This document shows, piece by piece, positions 10,538-20,406 of a stretch of 44,186 nt of DNA (position 1 is the first letter of the stretch; every line of letters starts with the position of its first letter). Origin of the DNA: an uncultured Porphyromonadaceae bacterium. GTDB lineage: Bacteria > Bacteroidota > Bacteroidia > Bacteroidales > Muribaculaceae. Both the position numbers and the translations under genes were made by a program. The stretch is from NCBI GenBank assembly GCA_945231345.1, contig CALYOL010000001.1, forward strand, positions 1 through 44,186, given 5' to 3'. The notes under the pieces were generated by a model, which was not told the DNA's origin, searched no databases, and was given only the letters and a program-made list of their open reading frames with translations.

Positions 10538-10545
10538 CAAAGTTA
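10538..10545 (-). promoter_or_regulatory. -7 promoter box (TAACTTTG) for DUF59-lpxH
   Basis: caaagtta on the plus strand, 37 nt upstream of the ATG at 10501. Confidence 0.45.
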
Positions 10546-10577
10546 TAAAAAAAATTGCAATAATCAATAATATTTTT

Positions 10578-10585
10578 TACCTTTG
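10578..10585 (+). promoter_or_regulatory. -7 promoter box (TACCTTTG) for the OM beta-barrel gene
   Basis: TACCTTTG lies 44 nt upstream of the ATG at 10629, divergent from the DUF59 promoter. Confidence 0.45.
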
Positions 10586-10628
10586 CACAAATTAACATAC
10601 AGAAAAAGCAAATTAATAGATTACAATT

Positions 10629-11228
10629 ATGAAATTATTCAAGAAACTTTTCGTAGCAATAGCACTTTGTGCACTATTCGCTACCCCAGCCATGGCACAA
10701 TTTAGATTTGGTGTAAAAGCCGGTGTTGCCATCAACGATTTGAAGTTTAACAAGGATGTCTTTGAATCAAGCAACCAGACCGGTTTTACTGGCGGTGTAG
10801 TTACTGAATTTACAGTACCCGTTATCGGCATAGGTGTTGACGCATCACTCCTTTACGCTCGCCGTTCCGCAGATGTCCCCGTAGGTGGTGATAACAATAT
10901 TACAGAATCTGAAAACCGTGACTATATCGACATCCCTATTAACCTTAAATGGAAAATTGGAATCCCTGCGGTTAGCAAAATTGTATCTCCTTTCATCACT
11001 ACCGGCCCTGACTTCTCATTCCTCGTCTCAAAGAAAAATATCAATGAAGCATGGAAAAACAAGACATTTGACACCGCATGGACTGTTGGTGCCGGAGTTG
11101 AACTTCTCAGCAAAGTACAAGTAGGTGCTACCTACGGATTCGGTCTCAGCAAATCAGCTTCCGGAGATAATGCACAATATTCCGCTAAAAACCGTTGCTG
11201 GACAATCACCGCAGCTTTATTCTTCTAA
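10629..11228 (+). CDS. Small outer-membrane beta-barrel protein (OMP_b-brl_2/PorT-like porin family)
   Basis: It has a signal peptide (ALFATPAMAQ), alternating amphipathic strands, and a C-terminal beta-signal ending in ...TITAALFF. Confidence 0.75.
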   Translation: MKLFKKLFVAIALCALFATPAMAQFRFGVKAGVAINDLKFNKDVFESSNQTGFTGGVVTEFTVPVIGIGVDASLLYARRSADVPVGGDNNITESENRDYIDIPINLKWKIGIPAVSKIVSPFITTGPDFSFLVSKKNINEAWKNKTFDTAWTVGAGVELLSKVQVGATYGFGLSKSASGDNAQYSAKNRCWTITAALFF

Positions 11229-11267
11229 TAGATAGCGGCTCCGACTTAAATAATAAAAACATCAAAA

Positions 11268-11302
11268 GTGTCTCAAAAGTATCTGTTTTGAGGCACTTTT
11301 TT
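11268..11302 (+). terminator. Rho-independent terminator after the OM beta-barrel gene
   Basis: gtgtctcaaaa/ttttgaggcac forms an 11-bp stem (one G-U pair) followed by TTTTTT. Confidence 0.7.
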
Positions 11303-11710
11303 ATTGCCGTAAGATAAACAACCTCAAAAAATAAGAAAATAATTTTGCCAATTCAAACATTGTTCGTAATTTAACAAACAAAATATTATGGCAACAAAAG
11401 AAGACATTTTTCACTCTTGGCTCGAAAGCAGCGAATTACCAATACTTACGGCATTCATTCTTGGACTTCTGAACTTGTTTAACATCATATTATGACAAGT
11501 TCAATTATTCATTAAAAGCATTTATTCCGCAATTCCTTTCAAAAAAATAAGCCATTATCAAAAGATTTTAATACCACACATTTGCAAAAAGACACCTAAA
11601 CGGAATGATTGTGCCGAAAATACCACTATAATTGCTTAAATTACCAATATTAGCGGAATATGGAAATAAAAAAGTTTTATAAATATAGGTAAAATGTGGG
11701 ATAAAATTGT

Positions 11711-11718
11711 TAAATTTG
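11711..11718 (+). promoter_or_regulatory. -7 promoter box (TAAATTTG) for the mce-mmd operon
   Basis: TAAATTTG lies 108 nt upstream of the mce ATG. The leader contains two small hairpins at 11739-11759 and 11761-11776. Confidence 0.45.
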
Positions 11719-11825
11719 CATCGTGAAAAAGAGGGTGAAGTGTATCCGAGAGATACACTCCGCTCGATTTTGAGCGTAATTAACTGATTATTAACTTATT
11801 TATTTACAAAATAATACCATTTGTT

Positions 11826-12254
11826 ATGAATATTTCTCATATTGAACACATCGGTATAGCAGTTCCATCACTTGATGAGGCTATTCCTTTCTACGAAAAC
11901 ATCCTCGGTTTTAAATGCTTCGCTATCGAAGAAGTTGCAGACCAGAAAGTACGCACTGCTTTCTTCCAGGTTGGTCAGACTAAGATTGAACTCCTCGAAG
12001 GCACTGCAGAAGACAGCGCTATTTCTAAATTCATCGCAAACAACGGTGGTCGCGGCGGAATACAACATGTGGCTTTCGCTGTAGAAGACGGAGTGGCTAA
12101 TGCTTTGGCTGAGGCTGAAGGCAAAGGCTGCCGCCTCATCGACAAGGCTCCTCGCAAAGGCGCTGAAGGACTTAACATCGCATTCCTCCACCCGAAATCA
12201 ACTGTAGGCACACTCGTTGAGCTTTGCGAAGACCCTAAAAAATGCGGTTGCTAA
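11826..12254 (+). CDS. mce: Methylmalonyl-CoA epimerase (glyoxalase/VOC fold)
   Basis: IEHIGIAV...A..FY...LGF....EEV..Q.V..AF...G...IELLE......I..F....G.G.HH/QHVAF.V is the typical Mce pattern. The gene sits directly upstream of the decarboxylase subunits. Confidence 0.9.
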   Translation: MNISHIEHIGIAVPSLDEAIPFYENILGFKCFAIEEVADQKVRTAFFQVGQTKIELLEGTAEDSAISKFIANNGGRGGIQHVAFAVEDGVANALAEAEGKGCRLIDKAPRKGAEGLNIAFLHPKSTVGTLVELCEDPKKCGC

Positions 12255-12300
12255 TATTCCGTAAATTATTTCAATCACATATAAAAAGACACTTTACAAA

Positions 12301-13854
12301 ATGAGCAGTCAACTTGAAAAAGTAAAAGAGCTTATTGCGCTACGCGAAGAGGCACGCCTCGGTGGTGGTCAAAAAGCTATCGACAAACAGCATGAACGCG
12401 GTAAATACACAGCCCGTGAACGTATCGCTCAACTCCTTGACGAAGGCAGTTTTGAAGAACTCGACATGTTTGTTCGTCACCGTTGTACTAACTTCGGACA
12501 AGACAAAAAATCATATTTAGGCGACGGCGTTGTAACCGGTTATGGTACAATCGAAGGTCGCCTTGTCTATGTTTTTGCACAAGACTTCACCGTATTCGGT
12601 GGTAGCCTTTCTGAGACTATGGCTCTCAAAATCTGCAAAATCATGGATATGGCTATGAAGATGGGTGCACCAGTTATCGGACTTAATGACTCTGGTGGCG
12701 CTCGTATTCAGGAAGGTATTAACGCACTCGCAGGATACGCTGAAATCTTCCAGCGCAACATCATGGCATCCGGTGTTATTCCACAGATTTCATGCATTCT
12801 TGGACCTTGCGCAGGTGGTGCTGTTTACTCTCCTGCACTCACAGACTTCACTATCATGGCTAAAGGAATTTCTTACATGTTCCTCACCGGACCAAAAGTT
12901 GTAAAAACTGTAACTGGTGAAGATGTAAGCCAAGACGCTCTCGGCGGCGCTGAAGTTCACTCATCAAAGAGTGGTGTAGCACATTTCGCTGCTGAAGACG
13001 GCGAAGACGCTCTTAAAATCACTCGTAAGCTATTCAGCTTCATTCCACAGAATAACCTTGAAGAGGCTCCACTCGTAGAATGTACAGACCCTATTGACAG
13101 ACTCGAGGATTCTCTCAACGAAATCATTCCTGACTCTGCAAACCGTCCTTACGATATGTATGAGGTTATCGGAGCTATCATCGACAACGGTGAGTTCCTT
13201 GAAGTACAGCGCGACTATGCTAAAAACATAATCGTTGGTTTCGCTCGCTTCAACGGTCAGAGCGTTGGTATTGTTGCAAACCAGCCTAAATACCTCGCAG
13301 GTGTACTTGACTGTAACGCATCACGCAAAGGTGCTCGCTTCGTACGTTTCTGCGACGCTTTCAATATTCCACTTGTTACACTTGTTGACGTTCCGGGCTT
13401 CCTCCCTGGTACAGGACAAGAATACAACGCTGTCATCCTACACGGTGCTAAATTGCTTTACGCTTACGGTGAAGCAACAGTGCCAAAAGTGACAGTTACC
13501 CTCCGCAAGAGCTACGGTGGTAGCCACATTGTGATGAGCTGTAAGCAGCTGCGCGGCGACATGAACTATGCATGGCCAACTGCTGAAATTGCTGTTATGG
13601 GTGGCGCTGGTGCTGTAGAAGTACTTTACGCTAAGGAAGCTAAAGCTGCCGAAGACCCTGCAAAGGTTCTCGCAGAAAAAGAAGCAGAATACAACAAACT
13701 CTTCTGCAACCCTTACAACGCTGCTAAATACGGATATATCGACGACGTTATCGAACCTCGAAACACTCGTTTCCGCATAATCCGCGCTCTACAGCAGCTT
13801 GCAACTAAGAAGGTAGTAAATCCGGCCAAGAAACATGGCAACATTCCATTGTAG
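12301..13854 (+). CDS. mmdA: Methylmalonyl-CoA decarboxylase alpha subunit (acyl-CoA carboxyltransferase)
   Basis: 517 aa carboxyl-transferase. [14 protein letters not shown]..., [20 protein letters not shown] and [16 protein letters not shown] are the conserved PCC-beta/MmdA blocks. Confidence 0.9.
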   Translation: MSSQLEKVKELIALREEARLGGGQKAIDKQHERGKYTARERIAQLLDEGSFEELDMFVRHRCTNFGQDKKSYLGDGVVTGYGTIEGRLVYVFAQDFTVFGGSLSETMALKICKIMDMAMKMGAPVIGLNDSGGARIQEGINALAGYAEIFQRNIMASGVIPQISCILGPCAGGAVYSPALTDFTIMAKGISYMFLTGPKVVKTVTGEDVSQDALGGAEVHSSKSGVAHFAAEDGEDALKITRKLFSFIPQNNLEEAPLVECTDPIDRLEDSLNEIIPDSANRPYDMYEVIGAIIDNGEFLEVQRDYAKNIIVGFARFNGQSVGIVANQPKYLAGVLDCNASRKGARFVRFCDAFNIPLVTLVDVPGFLPGTGQEYNAVILHGAKLLYAYGEATVPKVTVTLRKSYGGSHIVMSCKQLRGDMNYAWPTAEIAVMGGAGAVEVLYAKEAKAAEDPAKVLAEKEAEYNKLFCNPYNAAKYGYIDDVIEPRNTRFRIIRALQQLATKKVVNPAKKHGNIPL

Positions 13855-13858
13855 TGAG

Positions 13859-14755
13859 ATGAAAAAGAGTTTAGTAATATTAATCATCACCCTCTTTGCC
13901 TTTTCTGCAAACGTCTTCGCACAGAGCCGTAGCGGACTGAAAATCAACGAGGTGATGGTCATCAATGAAAACAACGCTATTGACGATTTCGGTCAGCGTC
14001 ATGCTTGGATTGAGCTTTTCAACTCCACTCACGCTCCCCTCGAAATCTCCAGCGTATATATCACTGACGACAAGAACAATCCGATAAAATACCCTGTACC
14101 ACTGGGCGACGTCAATACCCGCATACCTAAGCGCCAGCACGTCATCTTCTGGGCTGACGGATGCCCAAGCCGCGGTACGTTCCACTTGAATTTCACCCTC
14201 AAACCGGGACAAGAAAACTGGATTGGCGTGTACGACGCAGACGGTATTACACTGATTGACGAGGTCACAATTCCCGCAACTCTTTGCGCAGACCAATCAT
14301 ATGCACGTAGTATCGACGGAAAAGGCGAATGGGAAATCCGCAATGATGTAGGTGATAAATACATCACCCCTTCAAGCAACAATGTCATCCGCGATGTAAA
14401 CAATAAGATTGAAACATTTGCAAAGCAAGACCCTCACGGTTTTTCAATGGCTCTTATGGCAATGGGCGTGGTATTCTCCGCGCTGCTCGTGCTCTGTCTT
14501 AGCTTCTTGCTCATCAGCAAAATCGGTAGTGCTGTTGCACGCCGAAACAAGCGCGAATCACAAGGCGTTACTGCTGAAGAAGTTAAGGGCAACCTTGCTG
14601 ACTCAGGTGAAGAAATCGCTGCTATCGTAATGGCTCTTCACGAGCATCTCGACGCACACGACCAGGAGTCTACAATACTCACCATCAACAAGGTACGCCG
14701 AAGCTACTCTCCATGGAGTTCTAAAATCTACGGTATGCGCCGACTCCCTAAATAA
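13859..14755 (+). CDS. OadG-like decarboxylase small membrane subunit with an N-terminal exported lamin-tail domain (LTD)
   Basis: The order is signal peptide MKKSLVILIITLFAFSANVFAQ, then an LTD-like pattern (LKINEV...AWIELFN...ISSVYITDD...FTLKPGQENWIGVYDADGITLIDEV...SYARS), then one TM helix (FSMALMAMGVVFSALLVLCLSFLLI), then an OadG-type cytoplasmic tail (EEIAAIVMALHEH...). The ATG at 13859 follows the mmdA stop at 13852-13854. Confidence 0.7.
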   Translation: MKKSLVILIITLFAFSANVFAQSRSGLKINEVMVINENNAIDDFGQRHAWIELFNSTHAPLEISSVYITDDKNNPIKYPVPLGDVNTRIPKRQHVIFWADGCPSRGTFHLNFTLKPGQENWIGVYDADGITLIDEVTIPATLCADQSYARSIDGKGEWEIRNDVGDKYITPSSNNVIRDVNNKIETFAKQDPHGFSMALMAMGVVFSALLVLCLSFLLISKIGSAVARRNKRESQGVTAEEVKGNLADSGEEIAAIVMALHEHLDAHDQESTILTINKVRRSYSPWSSKIYGMRRLPK

Positions 14756-14790
14756 TTTTAAGACTTAATTTTATCTCAAGACAAAGTAAA

Positions 14791-15222
14791 ATGAAAGAAT
14801 ATAAGTATAAAATCAACGGTAACACCTACAATGTGACTATCGGCGACATCGACGACAATATGGCGCAAGTGGAAGTAAATGGTGTACCTTACAAAGTAGA
14901 ACTTGAAAAAGCTCCTGCTGTAAAAGTGTCTGTTGCTCCACGTCCTTCTGCTGCTCCTCGCACTGAGACTGGTGACAAAGTTATCGCTAAGCCTACCACT
15001 TCTGGTGGCAAAAATGCCGTAAAAGCACCTCTGCCAGGAACCGTACTATCTGTACAGGTAAAAGAAGGCGACTCTGTTAAGGCTTCCGATACCGTTATCA
15101 TGCTCGAGGCTATGAAGATGGAAAACGCTATACATGCCGGTCGCGACGGTGTAGTGAAAACTATCAACGTTAAGCAGGGCGACAGCGTTCTACAAGACGA
15201 CGTTCTCCTCGTAATCGAATAA
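14791..15222 (+). CDS. Biotin carboxyl carrier subunit of the decarboxylase (biotinyl domain)
   Basis: It has a C-terminal biotinyl domain with the LEAMKMEN biotinylation motif and an Ala/Pro-rich linker (APAVKVSVAPRPSAAPR). Confidence 0.9.
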   Translation: MKEYKYKINGNTYNVTIGDIDDNMAQVEVNGVPYKVELEKAPAVKVSVAPRPSAAPRTETGDKVIAKPTTSGGKNAVKAPLPGTVLSVQVKEGDSVKASDTVIMLEAMKMENAIHAGRDGVVKTINVKQGDSVLQDDVLLVIE

Positions 15223-15252
15223 TTCTCACCCTAAAAGAACACATAATCTAAA

Positions 15253-16416
15253 ATGGAACAATCTTTTGGTGATTTTATAGTTTCGAACCTGACTCAGTTT
15301 TGGGAATTTACAGGCTTTTACAACGCCACATTCCCTCACTTTGTCATGCTCGCCGTAGGTCTGTTCTTCATATGGCTTGCCATAAAGAAGAACTTCGAGC
15401 CTATGCTCCTTGTGCCAATCGGCTTCGGTATCTTGATTGGCAATATTCCATTTAACACAGAAGCTGGACTTGAAATCGGTATTTACGAACAAGGTTCTGT
15501 GTTAAACATTCTCTATAACGGCGTAAGCGCAGGCTGGTATCCACCTCTTATCTTCCTTGGTATCGGTGCTATGACAGATTTCTCTGCACTTATCGCTAAT
15601 CCTAAGCTTATGCTCATCGGTGCAGCGGCACAATTTGGTATTTTCGGCGCATACATGGTAGCCCTCGCTATTGGTTTTGCACCGGACCAGGCTGGTGCTA
15701 TCGCTATCATCGGTGGTGCTGACGGTCCTACAGCTATCTTCCTTTCATCTAAGCTCGCTCCTAACCTTATGGGTGCAATCGCTGTTTCGGCTTACTCTTA
15801 CATGGCACTCGTGCCTGTAATTCAGCCACCTATCATGCGACTCCTCACCACTAAAAACGAGCGTCTCATAAAGATGAAACCTGCTCGTGCCGTTTCACAA
15901 AATGAAAAAATCATATTCCCTATCGTTGGTCTGCTTCTTACCTGTTTTGTTGTGCCTACCGGTCTTCCACTGCTCGGTATGCTCTTCTTCGGTAACCTGC
16001 TCCGCGAATGCGGCGTGACAACTCGCCTTGCGAAAACTGCAAGCAATGCCCTGACCGATATCGTGACTATCCTCCTTGGTATGACAGTAGGAGCCTCTAC
16101 ACAGGCTACTACATTCCTTACAAAGGAAACGATTTTCATTTTCTTCCTCGGCTTCATGGCATTTATCATCGCTTCTACTTCAGGTGTACTGTTTGTAAAG
16201 CTATTTAACCTATTCCTCCGCAAGGACCAGAAAATCAACCCGCTTATTGGTAATGCAGGAGTTTCTGCAGTGCCTATGTCTGCGCGTATTTCTAACAACC
16301 TCGGACTCGAATACGACCCATCCAACTATCTTTTGATGCACGCTATGGGTCCAAACGTAGCTGGTGTTATTGGTTCCGCTGTTGCTGCAGGTGTACTCCT
16401 CGGCTTCCTCGCATAA
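15253..16416 (+). CDS. mmdB: Na+-translocating decarboxylase beta subunit (OadB/MmdB family)
   Basis: 387-aa polytopic protein. [19 protein letters not shown] and [12 protein letters not shown] are conserved OadB/MmdB blocks. Confidence 0.9.
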   Translation: MEQSFGDFIVSNLTQFWEFTGFYNATFPHFVMLAVGLFFIWLAIKKNFEPMLLVPIGFGILIGNIPFNTEAGLEIGIYEQGSVLNILYNGVSAGWYPPLIFLGIGAMTDFSALIANPKLMLIGAAAQFGIFGAYMVALAIGFAPDQAGAIAIIGGADGPTAIFLSSKLAPNLMGAIAVSAYSYMALVPVIQPPIMRLLTTKNERLIKMKPARAVSQNEKIIFPIVGLLLTCFVVPTGLPLLGMLFFGNLLRECGVTTRLAKTASNALTDIVTILLGMTVGASTQATTFLTKETIFIFFLGFMAFIIASTSGVLFVKLFNLFLRKDQKINPLIGNAGVSAVPMSARISNNLGLEYDPSNYLLMHAMGPNVAGVIGSAVAAGVLLGFLA

Positions 16417-16441
16417 GGATATAATTTTTCACTCTCTATAT

Positions 16442-16481
16442 AATCCCGATGAGTTATTTTTCTCATCGGGATTATTTTTTT
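16442..16481 (+). terminator. Rho-independent terminator of the mce-mmd operon
   Basis: aatcccgatgag/ctcatcgggatt forms a perfect 12-bp stem followed by ATTTTTTTT. Confidence 0.85.
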
Positions 16482-16599
16482 ACATTTTTTCTTAAAATAT
16501 TTCAAACAATTTTTCACATTTATTAGTTATATAATTGACCGCTAATATAATACATCTCGCATTATGCTTATATCTCATCCTTAAACCACACATAAGAAT

Positions 16600-16959
16600 A
16601 TGATATCACAAAAAGCTATTCAATACCTATACGATAAATACAGTAGTAGACCCGAATCGCCTGACTGCCTTGATATAAACCTTCTCTTTGACATTCCGGA
16701 GGAGTATCACCACATACATATAGATGAGCGTGACATTGAAATTGGCTCTGTATGCTGCGACTCACCTTTCCGCAAAATAAACCTACGGCACATCAACGCC
16801 ATCGTAGACCTGGAAGAAAACATCGCCATTGTGCTCAATTACTCAATTATATTCCTCAGCAAGCTATCCCGCGACATCTCAATTGATATCAAAAAAATTG
16901 CGCCCGGAGTTATTGACAAATTCCTCGATATTTTCAAACATGATGCTGATTGCCAATAA
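16600..16959 (+). CDS. Hypothetical protein (119 aa, acidic, no recognisable domain)
   Basis: Clean ORF with no overlapping competitor, upstream of and on the same strand as the M28 peptidase gene. I recognise no motifs. Confidence 0.5.
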   Translation: MISQKAIQYLYDKYSSRPESPDCLDINLLFDIPEEYHHIHIDERDIEIGSVCCDSPFRKINLRHINAIVDLEENIAIVLNYSIIFLSKLSRDISIDIKKIAPGVIDKFLDIFKHDADCQ

Positions 16960-17007
16960 GTGTTCAGTCGCTATTTAACTTGATAATAGAAATCCAAATA
17001 TCCTCAA

Positions 17008-18405
17008 ATGAACTACAAAACATTTCTTGCCATGTGTTTAGCAACTGCTTTGTGCTCTTGCACGAATACTGACTATCAAAAAGAATACACCAATATTATT
17101 GATGAAATTTCATCACCTCAATACTACGGTAGGAGTGATTTTGCCAATGGTGACATAAATGCAGCCAAATATATCATCGACTATATTTCAGACATTGAAG
17201 GATTAACGCCAATGGCGAGTGAATTGACTACACCAACTCCCGCATACCCTCCATACAAATCAGCAGTAAAGCCAGCGAGCGAAGGCCGGTGGAACGACAT
17301 AGACAATGCAGACAAATATCTGCCCTATCTTCAGCATTTCCAGATACCAATGAACGTAATGAGAGAAGATATGGCTGTAGAAATAGATGGCAAAGCACTA
17401 CGCCCAACATTTGACTTCACCGCAAAGGAATTTTCTCCTTCATGCCACGGTACTTACCCAATTCAGTATGTACCTGACTCAATCGTTACCCATGAACATT
17501 TCATTAACTACCTAAATAGCGGCAAACTCGCAGGCAAATTTGCCGTAATAAATATGGCAAAATACTGTACTCTCCCCGCGCACCCATTTGAGAGATATAA
17601 ACCATACCTTTGCCTAATTGATTCAACAAAAGTTGGCGGAATAATTCTAAAGAGTGACGAATTGATACCGTATTTTAAGGCTCGCTCATATTTCACCACA
17701 CCCGTTCCGGTTATTGGAGTGGACAAATCTTTTCCGGAAGATGCTCAGAATATTACTATAAACATTGACTCAAAATTTCTCCTCAATCATGACTGTCACA
17801 ACATAATCGCATACCTACCGGGCACAGATATGGGAACTGATGTCATCACTTTGATTGCTCACTACGACCACCTCGGACTTATGGGACGCGACAACATTTT
17901 CTATGGCTCTAACGACAACGCAAGTGGTACCGCCATGCTATGCGTTCTTGCCAAATATTTCAGTACACACCGCCCTAAATGCAACCTGCAATTCATTTGG
18001 CTTGATGCTGAAGAAGCTAACCTTCTTGGAGCATTTTATTACTGCCAGAACCCTACTATTCCGCTGGAGAACGTAAAACTTGTCATAAACCTTGATATGA
18101 TAGCCGATGATGGAGACCATCTCGCCACTGAATGTAGCGAAAATGGAATGTCAGAACTGGAAATCATCAAGCAAATAAACGACAACAACGACGAATACAA
18201 GCCTTTTAATATCGCGATACAGGAACTGACCGATAATAGTGACCACTATGCTTTCGACCAAGCAGGCGTACCATCAATATACTTCTCCACAGAAGGTAGT
18301 TTTCTAAAAGATTACCATTCTCCTCGCGACAGCAATTCAAACTACTCAGCCGACAATTTCAACCGACTTTTCTCTCTCATCACATCATTCATAAACATGA
18401 AGTAA
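17008..18405 (+). CDS. M28-family metallopeptidase lipoprotein
   Basis: It has a lipobox (ATALCSC). The M28 zinc-ligand blocks are AHYDHLG, NDNASGTA, WLDAEEANLLG, NLDM and SDHYAF. Confidence 0.85.
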   Translation: MNYKTFLAMCLATALCSCTNTDYQKEYTNIIDEISSPQYYGRSDFANGDINAAKYIIDYISDIEGLTPMASELTTPTPAYPPYKSAVKPASEGRWNDIDNADKYLPYLQHFQIPMNVMREDMAVEIDGKALRPTFDFTAKEFSPSCHGTYPIQYVPDSIVTHEHFINYLNSGKLAGKFAVINMAKYCTLPAHPFERYKPYLCLIDSTKVGGIILKSDELIPYFKARSYFTTPVPVIGVDKSFPEDAQNITINIDSKFLLNHDCHNIIAYLPGTDMGTDVITLIAHYDHLGLMGRDNIFYGSNDNASGTAMLCVLAKYFSTHRPKCNLQFIWLDAEEANLLGAFYYCQNPTIPLENVKLVINLDMIADDGDHLATECSENGMSELEIIKQINDNNDEYKPFNIAIQELTDNSDHYAFDQAGVPSIYFSTEGSFLKDYHSPRDSNSNYSADNFNRLFSLITSFINMK

Positions 18406-18645
18406 CATTATACCGCATGATTTTGCGAAAGTACCCGGTAACATACCTCACTCGTATTTATTGGGCTAAGCATCCAAGCGGTAATATATTTCTCTCTCGC
18501 AATGTTTTTTCACAGTAGAAAAAAATTAGCCCGTAAATAACTGATATTTGCAAAAAAAGTTGTAACTTTACATCTTGAAATCTTGTGCAGATTTCAAGAC
18601 AGACTCTTTACGTCGCAAAAAATAAAGTATACTTAATATATAGCT

Positions 18646-20403
18646 ATGTATAGAACTAAAACTTGCGGAGAACTCCGCTTAAGCGATGCAGGAACTACGG
18701 TTACACTCGCCGGATGGGTGCAGCGCTTGCGTAAAATGGGAGGTATGACATTTGTTGACCTCCGCGACCGATATGGCATCACTCAAATCGTGTTTAACAA
18801 CGAGGTAAACGCAGACCTTTGCGAGGCTGCAAATCACCTTGGTCGAGAATACGTCGTGCAAGTAACAGGCACTGTATCTGAAAGAAGTAACAAAAACGCC
18901 AACCTGCCTACAGGCGACATTGAAATCATTGCCGGACAGCTTTGTGTGCTTAATCCGAGTGAAATCCCTCCATTCACAATTGAGGACGACACCGACGGTG
19001 GTGACGACCTCCGTATGAAATATCGATACCTTGACCTCCGCCGTACTGCAGTTCGCAAAAATTTGGAGCTTCGCCATAAAATGACTATGGAAGTACGCCG
19101 TTATCTCGACAGCAAAGGCTTCCTTGAAATAGAAACCCCTATGCTCGTTGGCTCCACTCCGGAAGGCGCACGCGATTTCGTGGTACCTTCGCGCATGAAC
19201 CAGGGTCAATTCTATGCCCTTCCACAGTCTCCACAAACACTTAAGCAGCTGTTAATGGTTTCTGGCATGGACCGTTACTTCCAAATTGTGAAGTGTTTCC
19301 GTGACGAAGACCTCCGCGCTGACCGTCAGCCCGAATTCACTCAGATTGACTGTGAAATGAGCTACGTTCACCAAGACGACATTATAAATCTATTTGAAGG
19401 AATGGCTAAACACCTCTTCAAGGAAATACGAGGAATTGAACTCACTGAGCCTTTCCAGCGAATGCCTTGGGCTGAAGCCATGAAATACTACGGCAGCGAT
19501 AAGCCTGACCTCCGCTTCGGAATGAAGTTCGTAGAACTAATGGACATTCTGAAAGGCTATGGCTTCTCTGTCTTTGACAACGCTGAATACATCGGTGGTA
19601 TTTGCGCGAAAGGTGCTGCATCATACACCCGCAAGCAGATTGACCAGCTCACAGAATTTGTTAAGCGTCCGCAAATCGGTGCTAAAGGTATGGTTTATGC
19701 CCGCATTGAGGCAGACGGAACAGTAAAAAGCAGCGTAGATAAATTCTATTCGCAAGATGTTCTCGCAAAAGTAAAAGAAGCATTTGCTGCTGAGCCTGGC
19801 GACCTTATCCTCATCCTCTCCGGCGACGACGCCATGAAGACTCGCAAGCAGCTTTGCGAACTTCGACTTGAAATGGGTAACAGACTCGGACTAAGAGACA
19901 AAAATCAGTTCGCTTGCCTATGGGTTGTGGATTTCCCAATGTTTGAATGGAGCGACGAAGAACAACGACTGATGGCTATGCACCATCCGTTCACTCACCC
20001 TAAAGACGAAGACATCGCACTCCTTGATACTGACCCTGCTGCCGTTAGAGCAGACGCCTACGACATGGTTATTAACGGTGTCGAAGTGGGTGGCGGTAGT
20101 ATTCGTATCCACGACAGCAAGCTACAAGCTAAAATGTTTGAAATCCTTGGCTTCACACCTGAAAAGGCACAGGAACAGTTTGGATTCCTTATGAATGCAT
20201 TCAAGTTTGGCGCACCTCCTCACGGTGGACTCGCATACGGTCTTGACCGTTGGGTATCTCTTTTTGCCGGACTTGACAGCATCCGAGACTGCATCGCTTT
20301 CCCGAAAAACAATAGCGGACGAGACGTAATGCTCGACGCTCCTGCTGCATTAGACCAAAAGCAGCTTGACGAGCTTGCGCTGAAAATTGATATAAAGGAA
20401 TAA
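18646..20403 (+). CDS. aspS: Aspartate--tRNA ligase
   Basis: 585 aa. It has an N-terminal OB fold ([22 protein letters not shown]), class II motifs ([30 protein letters not shown]), and a bacterial insertion domain. Confidence 0.97.
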   Translation: MYRTKTCGELRLSDAGTTVTLAGWVQRLRKMGGMTFVDLRDRYGITQIVFNNEVNADLCEAANHLGREYVVQVTGTVSERSNKNANLPTGDIEIIAGQLCVLNPSEIPPFTIEDDTDGGDDLRMKYRYLDLRRTAVRKNLELRHKMTMEVRRYLDSKGFLEIETPMLVGSTPEGARDFVVPSRMNQGQFYALPQSPQTLKQLLMVSGMDRYFQIVKCFRDEDLRADRQPEFTQIDCEMSYVHQDDIINLFEGMAKHLFKEIRGIELTEPFQRMPWAEAMKYYGSDKPDLRFGMKFVELMDILKGYGFSVFDNAEYIGGICAKGAASYTRKQIDQLTEFVKRPQIGAKGMVYARIEADGTVKSSVDKFYSQDVLAKVKEAFAAEPGDLILILSGDDAMKTRKQLCELRLEMGNRLGLRDKNQFACLWVVDFPMFEWSDEEQRLMAMHHPFTHPKDEDIALLDTDPAAVRADAYDMVINGVEVGGGSIRIHDSKLQAKMFEILGFTPEKAQEQFGFLMNAFKFGAPPHGGLAYGLDRWVSLFAGLDSIRDCIAFPKNNSGRDVMLDAPAALDQKQLDELALKIDIKE

Positions 20404-20406
20404 TCC

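Noticed and set aside
11719-11825. Possible cobalamin riboswitch upstream of mce (the leader contains gggtgaagtgtatcc, vaguely like the GGTGAAAATCC core)
   Set aside because: The leader is only about 108 nt, with no B12-box-like element or the multi-helix junction. The decarboxylase route itself is biotin-dependent, not B12-dependent.
15822-16325. 167-aa minus-strand ORF inside mmdB, and the 185-aa minus-strand ORF at 18679-19236 inside aspS
   Set aside because: They are fully embedded antisense to strongly conserved genes, and their Arg/Ser/Pro-rich composition is typical of reverse-frame artefacts.
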